Source of the DNA: Leucoraja erinacea
Lineage: Eukaryota
NCBI RefSeq assembly: GCF_028641065.1
Contig: NC_073396.1
Coordinates: forward strand, 13,144,001 to 13,208,000
Direction of reading: 5' to 3'
DNA length: 64,000 bases
Shown: positions 15,092-28,056 of the stretch, one piece after another
Position numbering within the stretch: the stretch's first letter is position 1
How the letters are laid out: each line of letters starts with the position of its first letter
Made by a program: the position numbers and the translations under genes
Notes under the pieces: model-generated
The model's input: the letters and a program-made list of their open reading frames with translations, nothing else
Told to the model about the DNA's origin: nothing
Database searches by the model: none

Positions 15092-15574
15092 GACAGCCTC
15101 CTCCCTCCCTCCCTCCCTCCCTCTCGCCGGAAGCAGCCAGCACTTCCGGGGCAAGGAAAACCCACACCAAAATAATTAATCTCTTCAAATTCCTTTCTAG
15201 CATGTTGATGTAAATCAATTAAAGTGACAACGTTGGAATAATTAATTTGATTCCAAGGTGAGGGAGTGTTCATGATTGAAGCGCCAGGGCACCAATGACA
15301 GGGCCGATCTCCCTGTCCCGTCCTCCGATTGGCTGATGGTGGTATGGGCGGGCTCTCCGCTGATTGGTGGGAAATGGCGCGGACCAGTTGTCCGTCACCT
15401 TCCTCTCCCCTCCCCCTTCGCCCAACGTCTCCCATCATTGCTGCTGCTGTTGTTGTTGTTGTTGTTGTTGTTGTTGATGATCACAATATCACCAGCACGT
15501 TACCCTTTCTTTCATTCATCACTTCCCTACACTTCATTGGCACAACTGGCAATCTGAAACCAACTACCATTTTC
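15092..15574. promoter_or_regulatory. Bidirectional promoter and 5'UTRs shared by DCTN5 and PALB2
   Basis: Divergent ATGs at 15091 and 15575; ETS/GABP-type CCGGAAG (~15127) and CTTCCGG (~15143), CCAAT/ATTGG boxes at ~15292, ~15328, ~15363, GGGCGG at ~15346. Confidence 0.8.
15438..15476. repeat. (GCT)n(GTT)n trinucleotide repeat upstream of the PALB2 ATG
   Basis: Directly visible. Confidence 0.93.
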
Positions 15575-15622
15575 ATGGAAAATAGCGTGAAAAACACCCT
15601 CAGCTTGGAAACGAGGGAACAG
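15575..15622 (+). CDS. PALB2: Partner and localizer of BRCA2, coding exon 1
   Basis: MENSVKNTLSLETREQ / gtgaag; 48 nt like human exon 1; all 14 exons sum to 3924 nt = 1307 aa + stop. Confidence 0.88.
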
Positions 15623-15941
15623 GTGAAGTAGTCTCTCCAAACTCTCAAAAGCATACGCTGCAAAATAGAAAGGGCTTCAAGCTAACAATGGACCCTTTCC
15701 TTGATCACCGTTACTTCTTTTGCATATCTTTCATTCATTTGTTCCATATCTCCATCGAGATCTCTCGTTTCCCTTTCCCCTGCCTCTAAGTCTGAAGAAA
15801 GGTCTCGACCCGAAACCTCACCTATTCCTTTTCCCCAGAGATGCTCTCTGATCCTCAGAATGACTCCACCTTTTTGTGTATATCTAGGGCTTCAAATATC
15901 TGTCTAAGGGCTCCGAAATAACAATTCCCTTTCACCCCCAG

Positions 15942-16001
15942 CTCAAAGAAAGATTGGCTTTGCTGAAGAAAGAATATGCAAAGACGGTGTATAAGTTACA
16001 G
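15942..16001 (+). CDS. PALB2: PALB2 exon 2 (BRCA1-binding coiled coil)
   Basis: cccag / LKERLALLKKEYAKTVYKLQ / gtaaat; similar to human [20 protein letters not shown]. Confidence 0.95.
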
Positions 16002-16571
16002 GTAAATGACACTTCTTTTTTCAGTTCTCAGGGTTTTGATGAGTTGAAGTGGGATCCTAGGATAGCAACATGTTTTGCGCCAAGGGTAATTTCTGGTCCA
16101 ACCAAGGAAGGAAGCATTTCTGGATCTACTAGGAAATGAAATAAGTCCAGTGCGCTATTTTTTAGTTGAAGAACATTTAGAAGAAAATGTTCATAAGGTT
16201 TAGGTTGGTTATAATCATAAATCGGAATCCATTGTTCTTTAGGCATGAGCAGAGCCCATTAAGAACAAAAATGGGAACGGATAATAGTACAGCACAGGAA
16301 CAGGCCCTTCAACCCACAATGCCTGTGCTGAATATAATGCCAGGATCAACCCTTATCTGAGAGATCAATAGGCTAAACATTAATTGAACCCCACAATTCC
16401 TCATCTGCTCCTCTCCTGGTACCCCCAAAACGTGTGGGTGAGCTAAAGTGGCTTGCATCTACCTTCCCAGGCACCATAAAACTGGAATCTGTAATGGCAC
16501 ATTTATATCCTTGGATGGATTGATGTAACATCTCTCCTAGGTGATCTAAAATCCGTCTGCCCTTTTGCTTA

Positions 16572-18010
16572 TAGAACAGTACAGCACAGGAACAGGCCCT
16601 TCAGCCCACTATGTCTGTGCTAAACACAATGGCATGCACAACACTCATCTGCCTACACATAATCCATATCCATGTGCTTATCCAAAGATCTCTTAAATGC
16701 CACTATTGTATTGGCCTCAATCACCACTCCTGCCAGCACATTCCAGGCACTCATCACCCTCAGTGTACAAAAAATTGCCCTGCACCTCTCCTCCTTAAAG
16801 CAATGCCCTCCAATATTGATATTTCCATCCTGAGAAATAGGTTTTGACTGTATATATAATTCTATACTGCCTCTCATAATTTTGTATACTTCTATCAGGT
16901 CTCCCACAACCTTCGGCACTCCAGAGAAAGCAATCTAATTCTGCCCAACTACTTCCTGTAGCTAATGCCCTTTAATCCAGGTATCGTTCTGGTAAATCTC
17001 CTCTGCACCATTTCCATTTCCAAGGGCTCCACATTCTTCCTTTATTAGGGCAATCAGAACTGCATACATTCCACCAAATGCGGCCTAACCAAAATCCTAA
17101 TGAGCTGCATCATGACTTCCTGACTCTTATACTCTGTGCCCCGATTAATGTAATAAAGCATACCATATGCCATATTTCACACTCTATCCACTTGTGTTGC
17201 CACTTTCAGGGTGTTATGGACTTGGACCACAATATACCTCTGTACATCAATGCTGCTAAGAATCATGTCACTCATTGTATATTTTCCCCTTGCATTCAAC
17301 CTCACAATGTGCATACCTCACATTTGTTCGGATTAAAATCCATCTGCCATTTCTCCGTCAAATTCTACAGCTGATCTATGTCCCACTTTATGCTTTGACA
17401 GCCTTCCTTACAGTTCGTTACTCCAACAATCTTGGTGTTATCTTGAAACTTACTAACCAACCTGTCTACATTTACTTCCAAGTCATTTATATATATCACA
17501 AACAACAGAGGTCCCAGAACAGATCCTGTGGAACTCCAGTGGTCACAGATCTCCAGCCTGAATATTGCCCTTCCACCACAACCCTCAGTCTTCTATCAGT
17601 TAGCCAATTCTGAATCCATACAACCAAGTCATGTTAATCCCATGCATCTTAATCTTCGGGATCAGCCTACCATGCCTTAAGATAGACACAAAATGCTGGG
17701 GTAACTCAGTGGGACAGGCAGCTGTCCAGCTGAGTTACTTCAGCATGCTGTCTGTCCTGCTGAGTTACATTCTAGCATTTTGTGTCTGTCTTCGGTGTAA
17801 ACCATCATCTGCAGTTCCTTCCTACATTTACTAAAGTCCTATGTGGACAACATCCACCACCTCACCATCTCATTTGTCACGTCCTCACAAACTCGATCAA
17901 GTTGGTAAGACACAATCTGCCGCATACAAAGCTATGCTGACTGTTCTTAATTAATCTATTCTTTTCCAAATCCCCTCCCGAAGACTTTTGTCAATAGCTT
18001 CCCTCGCACT
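16572..18010 (-). mobile_element. Decayed CR1 LINE (RT to 3' end)
   Basis: GDLIEVYKIMRG and FCTLRVMSAWNVL remnants, reverse-strand GVPQGS-like segment near 17520; Penelope-type insert at 17680-17826. Confidence 0.8.
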
Positions 18011-18149
18011 GACACAAGGCTTAACTTGCATATGATGAGCACTGTTAAGTTATTAAATTAGTACTTTGTATCTGGAATATTGAAGCAATATTGAAGGGGG
18101 TGATAGATGATATGCTGGAAAATTGTTCGTATGCTGAAAGATATATGGC

Positions 18150-19420
18150 ATGGGAGAATAGGAAAGTTGACTGCACTTAAAGTAGGTAACTCACCAGGAC
18201 CAGGTTGGATACATTCTCGAATTTTGATTGAACCTCAGGAGAAAATCACGGTGAGAATAACTAATCTTCCAGCGCTCTGGATGCAGAGGAATAGAGGGTA
18301 GCAAATATTATTCCCATGTTTAATAATGAGACCAGTAATCATAGGCCATTTCATCAGTGGTGCTGGGAAACCTTTTGGAAAAATTGATCTGGGATGGGAT
18401 CTATAGGCACCTTAAATAAAATAGATTAAGACAAACTAGCACAGATTTGTTAAGATCAAATTGTGTTCAAACTTTTCAATGAGACTTCATGGTTATGCAG
18501 TTGATTTGGTGTACATGGACTTCAAGAAAATCTTTGATCTTGTGCCACATATCAAGCAAAGCATGACATAAAAAGTGCATTGATCGTGTGAATACAAAGT
18601 TGGCTAACTAATAGGCATCAGGGGGTAATATGATTGGTTTTTCAGTTGAGAATAAGTAAATTATATTTTGCAGGGATCGGTGTTAAAGCCATTGCTTTGA
18701 TCTAGATTAATGATCTAGACTGGGGGGGGTGTGGGTGCATTTTGATTGGAAGATTGAACTGAGATGATATAGAATGAACCATACTGTTCTAAAACGAGTG
18801 CAGAAGCTGCGAAACCCAGGGGTAAATATGCACAAATCATTGAAAGTGTCGACAGTTTGAGAAAGCAGTTATTTCTGGGCTTAATTAATCTAAGCATCAA
18901 GTATGAATTAGGAAAGTTTGTAATGAACCTTTATAAAACACTACTTTTGCCACAAATAGAACATTATGTTCAATTCTGGTAGGGGGTGTGAAGGCAAGAA
19001 GGGACTGCATTCACACAGATAGATGAGAGGGACAATTAATGTTTTCTTTGGAAAAAAGATGTTTGAGGAAAGATCTGGTGGAAATATATAAAAAGGTAGG
19101 AGTCTGGCTAGAGTGGATATTGGGGCGTGGTTTCCAATGGCGGAGGGGACTAACACTAGACCTCGCAGGTATTAAAATTAGAGGGAAAGAGAATACGAGG
19201 ACATGAGGAAAGACTAATGTGGTTGGAATCTGGAATGAATTGGCTGCAAATGTGGTGGAGGCAGATTACATTGAAGCCTTTGGGAGGAAACTGGATAAAT
19301 GAATATTGGAGAAAAATTTGCAAGATGATGTGGAAAGAGTGGTAGCACAGGAGAGTTCTTGTAAAGAGACAGACATGATGCACTGAATACCCTGCATTGG
19401 CACTTTAACTATTCTATGAT
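18150..19420 (+). mobile_element. Old decayed CR1 LINE
   Basis: SPGPGWIHSRILIE, VYMDFKK and QGSVL remnants. Confidence 0.7.
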
Positions 19421-20047
19421 TCTGTGTGATGGTGATACTGGTGGTGGTTCATGAGGTGTTGAGCTCCTTCCACCACTCGTTTTGAGTTTCTTAGTGCCTC
19501 TGAGGGATCAGCTTGAGGTTCTCAATATTATCTCAAATGCTACTTTAAGCAGTCATGGACCATGAATTCCCACATGTTTCTGTAGATTGTACACTTTTTC
19601 AGAGATTGTCAGAACATCCTTGAATCTCTGTCCGCCTGATCATCCTCTGCCATAATTGAAATCAAAGTGGAGGATCTGTTTAGGAGTCTGTTGTTAGGGA
19701 TGGAAGCGATGTGGTCTGTCCATCATAGCCAACGGAGTGTTTTTTAAGCGACAATGCTGGGAATGTTGACCTGGGAAAGGATGTTAATGTTGCTTCACAT
19801 ATCCAGCCAATGAATTTGGAGGAGATTTCTAAGGGAAAAAAAGGAGCTTTGACTTCTCCAAACATTGAGATGTTTGTTTTTATCGGTGCTTCTGAATCAG
19901 ATAATTTCTTCATAACTAATTTGATACTTACTGAGTCTGATTGTTGTGGGTTTAAACCCATGACAGGTCAACAACTCATAACCTCTGCTAATCTTTCACT
20001 AAATTTATGTTGACCATCTGATATTTATCCCATATTTTCTCCACTAG

Positions 20048-20147
20048 CGTGCACAGAAAGCTGAGCGAATACAGAACCATGTTAAAAAACCCATTGCACA
20101 TCATAATCGACTATGGGAAGAGCAGAGCTCAACCCAGCTGACAACAG
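20048..20147 (+). CDS. PALB2: PALB2 exon 3
   Basis: actag / RAQKAERIQNHVKKPIAHHNRLWEEQSSTQLTT / gtaggt; phase 0-1. Confidence 0.92.
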
Positions 20148-20605
20148 GTAGGTTCACAGTAAATTGGTTTGAGCTTTAGACTGGATTATGTCTTTAAGTT
20201 GACATTTCAATCATAATGGGCCTTGGTGAAGAATTGAATTTTCTTGCGTTTCTTAGTTTCCACAAGGAGTGTAAATCCTAAAGGGACATGTAGGTTGTAC
20301 AACTGAAAATTGAGAGTTCATCTGCTCTTCAGATCTCCTATGTTTGGCTTTGTGTTCAGTGCCTGGAGGTGCTTGAGACTGAGTTAAGGGTGGGAAGTCT
20401 TAAGCAAAGGCTCTGAGGAAAACAGAGCCTTCTGTTGCTTTAATTCTGCCATGATGCTGATTAGTTAACTTGCATTTCCCGATCGATGCTTTTACAATTT
20501 TAAGAGCTCCTCAGTATAGTTGTTGTGTCAATATGTTCTATATCCATCTCTTTTTTTTTAAGGTTTGGTAATAGGCCTAATGTGTCTTTCTTGAATCTTT
20601 TTAAG

Positions 20606-22342
20606 AAAATGAGAGCTCCACTACTTTGAGGACAAATTGGTCCAACTCGTCACTTGAGAAGAGTCGGGTCCCAGCAGAAGAAAGTAAGGAAAATAATTCA
20701 ACTGTGGCATTCAACATTGTACCGGAAATCATCGAGTGTCCAAATCAACCTTTAACTAGTAGGTGCAAAAATGTTGACTCTTCAGGCCAACAACATACTA
20801 CTTCAGATGAAGAATTGAATCCAATCACAAAGACAGGGAGTGGAGTTCAAAGTCGTTTAAAACTTAGAAAAGGGAAGCCCTGTGAAGTATTGAAAAGAGT
20901 GTGTGAATTAACTTGTGAGTCAGGTAAGCCTTTGATTGCTAATGGAGTGCCTGGTGTTAAAAAAATGGACGCCCTGGATTCCATCAATAATACAGGCACC
21001 AATGTCTCCGAAACTCTTGATGGATGTGTTAAAGAGAACAGATGTCATGAAGCACTCCCCCAAGCTGAAGACAACACAGCATTGGTAAAGAATGGAACAC
21101 AGGAAGTAGAAGATAATTCTGTGATTTTGCCCATGGGCAGAATTGAAAGTAACTCTCTCCATTACTGTCACGGGGACAACCCTATTGAAGAGTCTGCGTT
21201 CAAAAATGAAGCTCTTCCTTCAAGAGAAATGGTGACTGTAGATGGTCAACTGCAGGAAGGAAAGCCAAGTTGCTCTCAGGACATTAGTGAAGCTTCTGAG
21301 TCCAACCTAAAGAATGAGAGAGTTGCAGTAGGAGCAGGTGAACTGCAATCAGGTACTGCTGTGAGTGAATCTCTAGGAGCTGGCTCACTGAGGTCTTGTA
21401 CACTTGTTGAAGGACTTATCTTTCCGGTTGAGTACTATGTTCGGACAACTCGGCGCATGACCAGCTCTCAGCGACAGATAGATCTGGATGCAGTGATTCA
21501 TAGTCAGTTGGGAAAGTCCAGAAATGGTGGCAAAGGAAGACCCAAGAAGCTCACTTATAATCAAAGTAGTTCCATAGAAGGCTCCCCCAAGAATGAAGCA
21601 GAGATCTGTAATACTTTATTACTTTTTAAAACTCAGGAGGGTGACGGTGGAGAGCCTAATGCAACTTCCTTGCAGCCTGACTTGCAAGACTCGTGGAACA
21701 TTGGTGGCGATTCCCAGGGTATTCAATCAAACCGAAGAAAAGGAGGAAAAAGAGGCAGACGAGAAGGTACAAATGTACAGCTCACTGAAGCTCATCTGAA
21801 GTCTGAGGAAAAAAAATTAAATTACAACAGATTTCCAAATGGTGTCCCAATTGCTCTGTCTTCTGACGTTCAGAGTGAGAATAAGGGCAAGAAGAGTGGA
21901 ATTAATACTTGCCAACCAACACTTAACTCAAACAAACTATATGAAAAATCTATAAATAACACAAATAGTCATAATTTTTCAGGGAATGTTAACTTTAATA
22001 TAAAGAGTTCCAGCCAGTCGCAGAACACAGCCAAACAACAAGTGGAACCAGTGCATAACAATATTCAGACTGACAATGTGTTAAAACATCCTTTGAAAGA
22101 GGACATGAATGATCTGTTGATGGCGCAGGGTGAGTCTGCAGTATGTGTGCCTGAGCCATCCAGTAGTGATATGGATAGTCAGGAAATGATTCCAGAAACT
22201 CAGCAGGATTCCATTAATGGCATCTCATTGAAGAAGAATTTAAATTATACAAGGCAGTCATTTCCATTGGGAATTGACTCGGACAGAGGGAAAACAGAGT
22301 CGCCAGTCTCTCAGCCCAAGAGGAGGGTGAAGCTCTCGAGAG
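20606..22342 (+). CDS. PALB2: PALB2 exon 4 (large exon, ChAM motif)
   Basis: ORF 20626-22353; ChAM motif SCTLVEGLIFPVEYYVRTTRRMTSSQRQIDLDAVIHSQL; tttaag acceptor, G/gtgagc donor. Confidence 0.93.
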
Positions 22343-23648
22343 GTGAGCACTGAATACATCTTTGTTTGTTTGTTAGTCCTGAATAGGTTTGATTGCAGTT
22401 CTCATGAATGATTGACATTTTTGTTGATTGTGTGTGAAGCTCATTTTAGAGTGTTGATTGTCATATGTCCTAAACAGAACAATGAAATCTTTACTTGTCA
22501 CGGCACAACAGAATATGTAAACATGGTGCTCTGTAAACAATATAATAAATCAAAAGAAGCCAAAAAACCCCAATAATGCAAAAAGACAAAATAATGCCCC
22601 CAAGTCTATGTAGTTCAGAGCTTATTCGAAGGTTGTAGTGTTTATTGATTGGTTGTAGGGAAGAAGCTGTTCCTGAACCTGGATGTTACAGTTTTCAGGC
22701 TCCTATATCTTCTTCCCAATGGTAGGAGTGAAATGGATGGCAGGAATGACCAGGGTCGTATGGCTTTACTGGGAACAGTGTTTACTGGGTTCATTGTTTA
22801 TTTATGATTAGAAGTTAAGAAATAACTTGCATGTCTAATCTCTGAAAATCACTTAACATTGGAAACCTTGAAGTATGGTGACAGCTGTTTCTTCAAACTG
22901 TATGTTTAATAGCAGAGAGATTTAAACAGATTTATGGTGTCATCCAAGGGGTTAAACACATATTGTAATTTGGGCAGTATTCCAAATTACGATTGACTGC
23001 TAATTGATCTTTAAATTAAGGTGTGCTTTTTTCTGCAATAAATTTGCAAAATGACATTTCAAAGTAAAAAACAAAAATATTGATCCTTATATAACCATTT
23101 GTCACAGGCATTGAAACCAAATGGTTAGAAGTTGAAGACCTGCACTATTCTTTAAAAGATCTCAGTGCAAGCATTAATACACTCATTCACAACACTGGAT
23201 GGATGCAACATGAACATTCCCAGTGATAGTTTAAATGAAAGGAAAAGACAAAGTGCTGGAGGAACTCAATGATCAGCATCTGTGGAGAGAAATGGACAGA
23301 CAAAGTTTCATATGGGTTCCATAATTAAATAATATCAGTCTGAAGTAGGGTATCTCCCCAAAACGTCACCCATTCCTTCTCTCCAGAGATGCTGCCTGTC
23401 GCGCTGAGTTACTCCAGCATTTTGTGTCTAACTTCGATTTAAACCAGCATCTGCAGTTCTTTCCTACCTATTTTCATCATGTACTATATATTTGCTTTCC
23501 CTATTTAATGAATGTAGGAATCCCATTAAGGATAAATTGTAGTACTGTAAAGGGGAGACTAAATGGATTAAATGGTCTTTTCCTGCCTGCCAGTTTTTTA
23601 ATAACTCTTTGGGTTGCTGAAGTAATGGGAGTTAATTCTTCCCAATAG

Positions 23649-24005
23649 GTAACAATTGTCGTAGAACACGTGAAAGCTCCAGGAAGGTCGTTGAGAGATT
23701 CCAAGAAGGGGCACTCGTGTGCTCTGAACCATTGCTCCGTGTTAAAAAAACTATTTTCACAAGGTTATTTCACAGCCAGGAAGTCCAGGATTTTGACCTT
23801 CCGGAGGAGGAGTATGGTCTACTTAAGGAAAAACTAAGAGCAGAAGCATTAAAGAAATCGCGCCTTCCTTCCCAGCATCAAGAAGTTGGTTGTAATTTGG
23901 AAACTCGGGCAGAAAAGGATAACTGGGATAAAACACACTACACAAATTCACATGCATCAGAAATCAAACAGACTACAGAAAACGTTGAGGAAACCAACCC
24001 ACAAG
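23649..24005 (+). CDS. PALB2: PALB2 exon 5 (MRG15-binding FxLP motif)
   Basis: caatag / ...VQDFDLPEEEYGLLKEKLR... / gtaaga; phase 1-1. Confidence 0.9.
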
Positions 24006-24683
24006 GTAAGATGGCTAACCAGGCAGGTGTTATCACTATTCTAACAAATGTATATCGTTGAAATGCCCGGTATTTGTCTATTTTAGTTTGCCAAGTTAAC
24101 TGTTTCTATAAATTAATGTACTTAGCAGTAATTCAATCAATTCATCATTTTTATTTGGATGAGCTAATTGGGCCGAACAAATTACACTCCACACAGCACA
24201 CTTTCATTGTACACATTAAATGTGATCAATTAATCCATGTATGCCGTAATGATAGAAGGATACAAGCCAATATACAGCTTCTAAGTAACTTGGTAATTAA
24301 TTACATTGAATTACTTAAAGTTGGATTCAATTGACCTCCCATCCTTTGAAGAGTTAAATTTGAGGTTTGCATTTGACTGAGTTAAGCTACATATGGACTT
24401 TTAATTATAGCAAAATAACAAGCAAAGATATAATTTGAATTTATATGTGCAAACTACTTTTGTGGGATCATATGTTCAGTTGCAGCGAAAAATTACCCAA
24501 TCAGATTATTGCTACAGTATTGAAATAATTTGCCCTTTAAAGCTTGCCCAACATTTGTCTATTTGCAAAGGAAATCTGTGAATGTGCGCTCATTAAATAT
24601 TTGTCAATTATTTTAAGGCTTAATTAAAAAGGGAAGTTAGAGCTTTATGGATGTTATTAATATATGCCATATTTTTCACCCAG

Positions 24684-25228
24684 TGTCTTCGTGCTGCAAG
24701 GGACTGAGCAGAACCCCAGAAAAACCACTGGATGATATTTGTCCTGTTCAGCAAATTCCAAAAACTACCTCTGGCCATAAACTATCTTCCAACATTTTGC
24801 TTTCGACCCTGTGTTGTACCCCACAGGCAATTAATGATCATCAGCATGACCAAACTGCTGGTAGCCCTACATTCCCTACACTTGGCTTCACTCCTGCCCC
24901 TGGTTCAACTGAGTGTTCTCCGGTATTTTCCCAAAGAAATTACGGAAACCAGAATTCACCTCAAACTGGCACACACGTGTTGGAAGGTGTGGGGGATTGT
25001 GGACAGAGGTTCCAGGCAGCTGCTGAAGAAGTGTCGCAAACAGATTTATGTCAGCTCACTCCAATTATAAAGGAAGGCAGTCAATGTGTTTTCTCTGGAA
25101 AGGAACCTTTGAACAATAAGGATGAGGAGGACCTCAATTACAAATATGAGAAGATATTCAGCCAGCAAGAGATGCCAAATGATTATTGTGTTGAGGAATT
25201 TTCAGAAATTGACACTGCAATTGAAGAG
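24684..25228 (+). CDS. PALB2: PALB2 exon 6
   Basis: acccag / ...SPTFPTLGFTPAPGS... / gtaatg; resembles human SPAFPILGTTPAFG; phase 1-0. Confidence 0.88.
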
Positions 25229-26051
25229 GTAATGTTTTTACAGTTATTGCTCATGTAGTGTTGTAGCATGGTGGTATTTTTTTTTTTACCAAGGGGATCT
25301 ATCCGTCATTGCAAGTCAGCAATTATTGCCCATTTTAATTGCCAGAACATAATGGCTCTTGCTCATCTTAGAGGGCCTTTTAAGATTCAACTTTTTTTTG
25401 TGTGTTTAGAGTCACATTTAGATCAGACAAGGTAAATTTGGTTGATTTCCTTCCCTGAAGAGCATTAATAAACAAGATAGCTTTTACAGCAAAATTGTAC
25501 TTTGTGATTATGATTACAATGACTTTGTTTTTTAACATTTATTTCCACATTCCTTAATTGCGTTGAAATTCCAAAGCTCCATAGAGGAATTTGACCAAGG
25601 ATTTCTAGAATTTTGGTCCTGTAATTTAATCACCCATCACCATCTTATTTCTCTGCCCCCGAGAGCGAAGTTTTTTTTTAGAACTGTTAATGCTTCTTCT
25701 AAAAAGAACATACTTGCTCTTTCACTGATATGTGCCAAATTTACCACTCTGTATTCTAGTGTTGCTCTTCCTGATTTTCGGTGTTACCCTGAATGTGTTA
25801 GGTTGGAAAAAGCATTTACCAGGACCATTGTTGGATCAATAACCTTTTGAGATGCAATTTGGAGAAGAGCATCTTTGTGATTATATTATATGTATCAGCC
25901 TGGTAGATTTTATCTTCAGATCATTTTGAAACTTTTTTGCTTGCATTAATATTCTGTTACTGTAACTGAAAAGAGTTCTACCATTTGTCTGAAGAGAGTA
26001 ATATTTCATGGATTCTAAATCTTTTCACTAAAGGGATTCTTATTTTTGTAG

Positions 26052-26141
26052 CATAAAGATGTCTTGACTCCACCTCTTGCTACTTTGCAATTGGAACAAA
26101 AAGTGGAAAAGCAGTTATTACAATTAATCTCCAAGATACAG
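26052..26141 (+). CDS. PALB2: PALB2 exon 7 (start of WD40)
   Basis: ttgtag / HKDVLTPPLATLQLEQKVEKQLLQLISKIQ / gttagt; LQLISKIQ resembles human LQLVSELK. Confidence 0.87.
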
Positions 26142-26334
26142 GTTAGTGAATACTGATCACCACTGAAGTAAGAATTAAAAGATCCAGATTTTGCTGAGTT
26201 TGGGGCATTGTTCAAGTACCCAGTCATAGCAGGCCTAAGTAGTTCAGACATGCAGGTCTAGGCTTGCTGGTTTAAGACAATGATGTACTATGAGGCTCAG
26301 GTCTTGTGTGATGTATTTGATTGATCTTGTTCCA

Positions 26335-27560
26335 AACAAAAGTAAGGATAAGCCTGGCAACTACAAGCCAATTAGTTTAACCTCGGCAGTGGAAAACTTT
26401 GAAACATTGATCCAGAACAGGATTAATGGTTTCTTGGAGATAAATTAATTAAGCAAGGCAAACCACCATACGAGAGAAAACAAAGTGCTGGAGTAACTCA
26501 ATGGGTCAGGCAGCATCTATGGAGAACATGAAAAAGTGATGTTTTTGGTCGGGACCCTTCTTCATTGTCTTATCCAACTTGATGTAGTTTTTTGATGAGA
26601 TAACAGATAAGAGTTGATGAGGATAATGCAGATGATGTGAAGTGCATAGATAGCCCGAAGGCTTGTGATAAGATGCTACATTGTAGGGTTATCAGCAAAG
26701 ATGAAGCCCATGGCATAAAAGGAGCATTGATGGCACAGATATGAAGTTGGATCAATACAAGAAAAATGTTTTGATTACATCATGGAAAAAAGCCCTTTGG
26801 TCCACTGAGTGCACGCCGACCATCGATTATCCATTCATACTAATTCTATGTTATCCCATTTTCGCATCCACACCCTCCCTTGGGGCAATTCACAGAGGCC
26901 AATTACTCTGCAAACCTGCGCATCTTTGGGATGTGGGAGGAAAGCAGAGCACCTGGCGGAAACCCACACACTCGGAAAGACAAGCAAATTCTAGGGGCAT
27001 TTGTGGTGGGGCCATGCTAATTTAAATGTATAGTAATGATCAAGAGTTGAGTTGTGAACCACAATTTTTAAATTTGTAGATGACACTAACCGTGGCAATA
27101 TTGCGAACTGTAAAGAAGATAGTGACAGATTGCATTAACACGTAAACAGGCACATGGAATGGGCTGATGAAGTTAAATGCAAAAAAGACATGTTATGAAT
27201 TTTAGTAGAAAATGAGGAGAGACAATGTTGAATAATGTTTTTAAATGTTCTAAAATGAATGTCAGAAGGGACCCAGAAGTATGTGTATACTTATCAGTAG
27301 AAGTAGGTTGGGAATGAGGTAATAAGGCAAATAAAATATTTGTTTTGATAATAGAGGCACTGAGTACAAAAGCAGGAATGTTGTACTGAAGCATGATAAA
27401 ACACTGCTCAACCTCAACTAGAGTGCTGTGTTCAATGTTAGTCATCACATTATAGCAAGGATGTGAAGACATGAGAGGGGGGTCGTAAAAAGTGGTTACT
27501 GGGATGAGTGACTGCAATCACAAAGATACATTAAAGTGCAAGAACTGTTTCCCTTGGAGA
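26335..27560 (+). mobile_element. Old CR1 LINE RT remnant with nested Penelope-type and SINE inserts
   Basis: PGNYKPISLTS-like and FVDDT-like remnants; inserts at ~26475-26565 and ~26780-26990. Confidence 0.7.
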
Positions 27561-27894
27561 AAAGATGGTTGAGGAAACTTGGTGTAACCCAAGTCCAAGA
27601 AATGAATGCATCACAATGGCAGTGAAGCAGTTATTTTCTATATTTTCAATAACTTATATTTTAATCACATTAGAGAGGAAATTTATGTTTGATCTGGTCA
27701 AATTTCTGGTTCAAGCACAAGACTGTTATCATATCTTTTGTTATGTCTAGTCTTGATTTTGCAGAAAGCGTGTTTTATGGAAGAGACTGTTGTAACAAAT
27801 GCAATTTATAGACTAACGTTAATTGCTGGCATAATACATAAATTCAATGGTTTGTCAGACAGGAGGATAAGTGATTTTATCGTTTTATTTATAG

Positions 27895-28056
27895 AATCCA
27901 TCCACATCCTGCATTATTGACTTGTGCACAGTATTTTGGATGGTGAAAGAGACCAGAACTTTGTGTATTGCTTGTGCCTGTGAAACAGCAGTGTTGCTAT
28001 GGGCTCCAGAGCAGGTTAACCAATGGACTAATATCTATACTTGGGTCTTTGATAAG
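27895..28056 (+). CDS. PALB2: PALB2 exon 8 (WD40)
   Basis: NPSTSCIIDLCTVFWMVKETRTLCIACACETAVLLWAPEQVNQWTNIYTWVFDK / gtaaag; 162 nt. Confidence 0.94.

Noticed and set aside
14668-15093. GDGHGH / MTMTITIT low-complexity ORFs resembling metal-binding peptides
   Set aside because: Translation of an intronic hexamer microsatellite.
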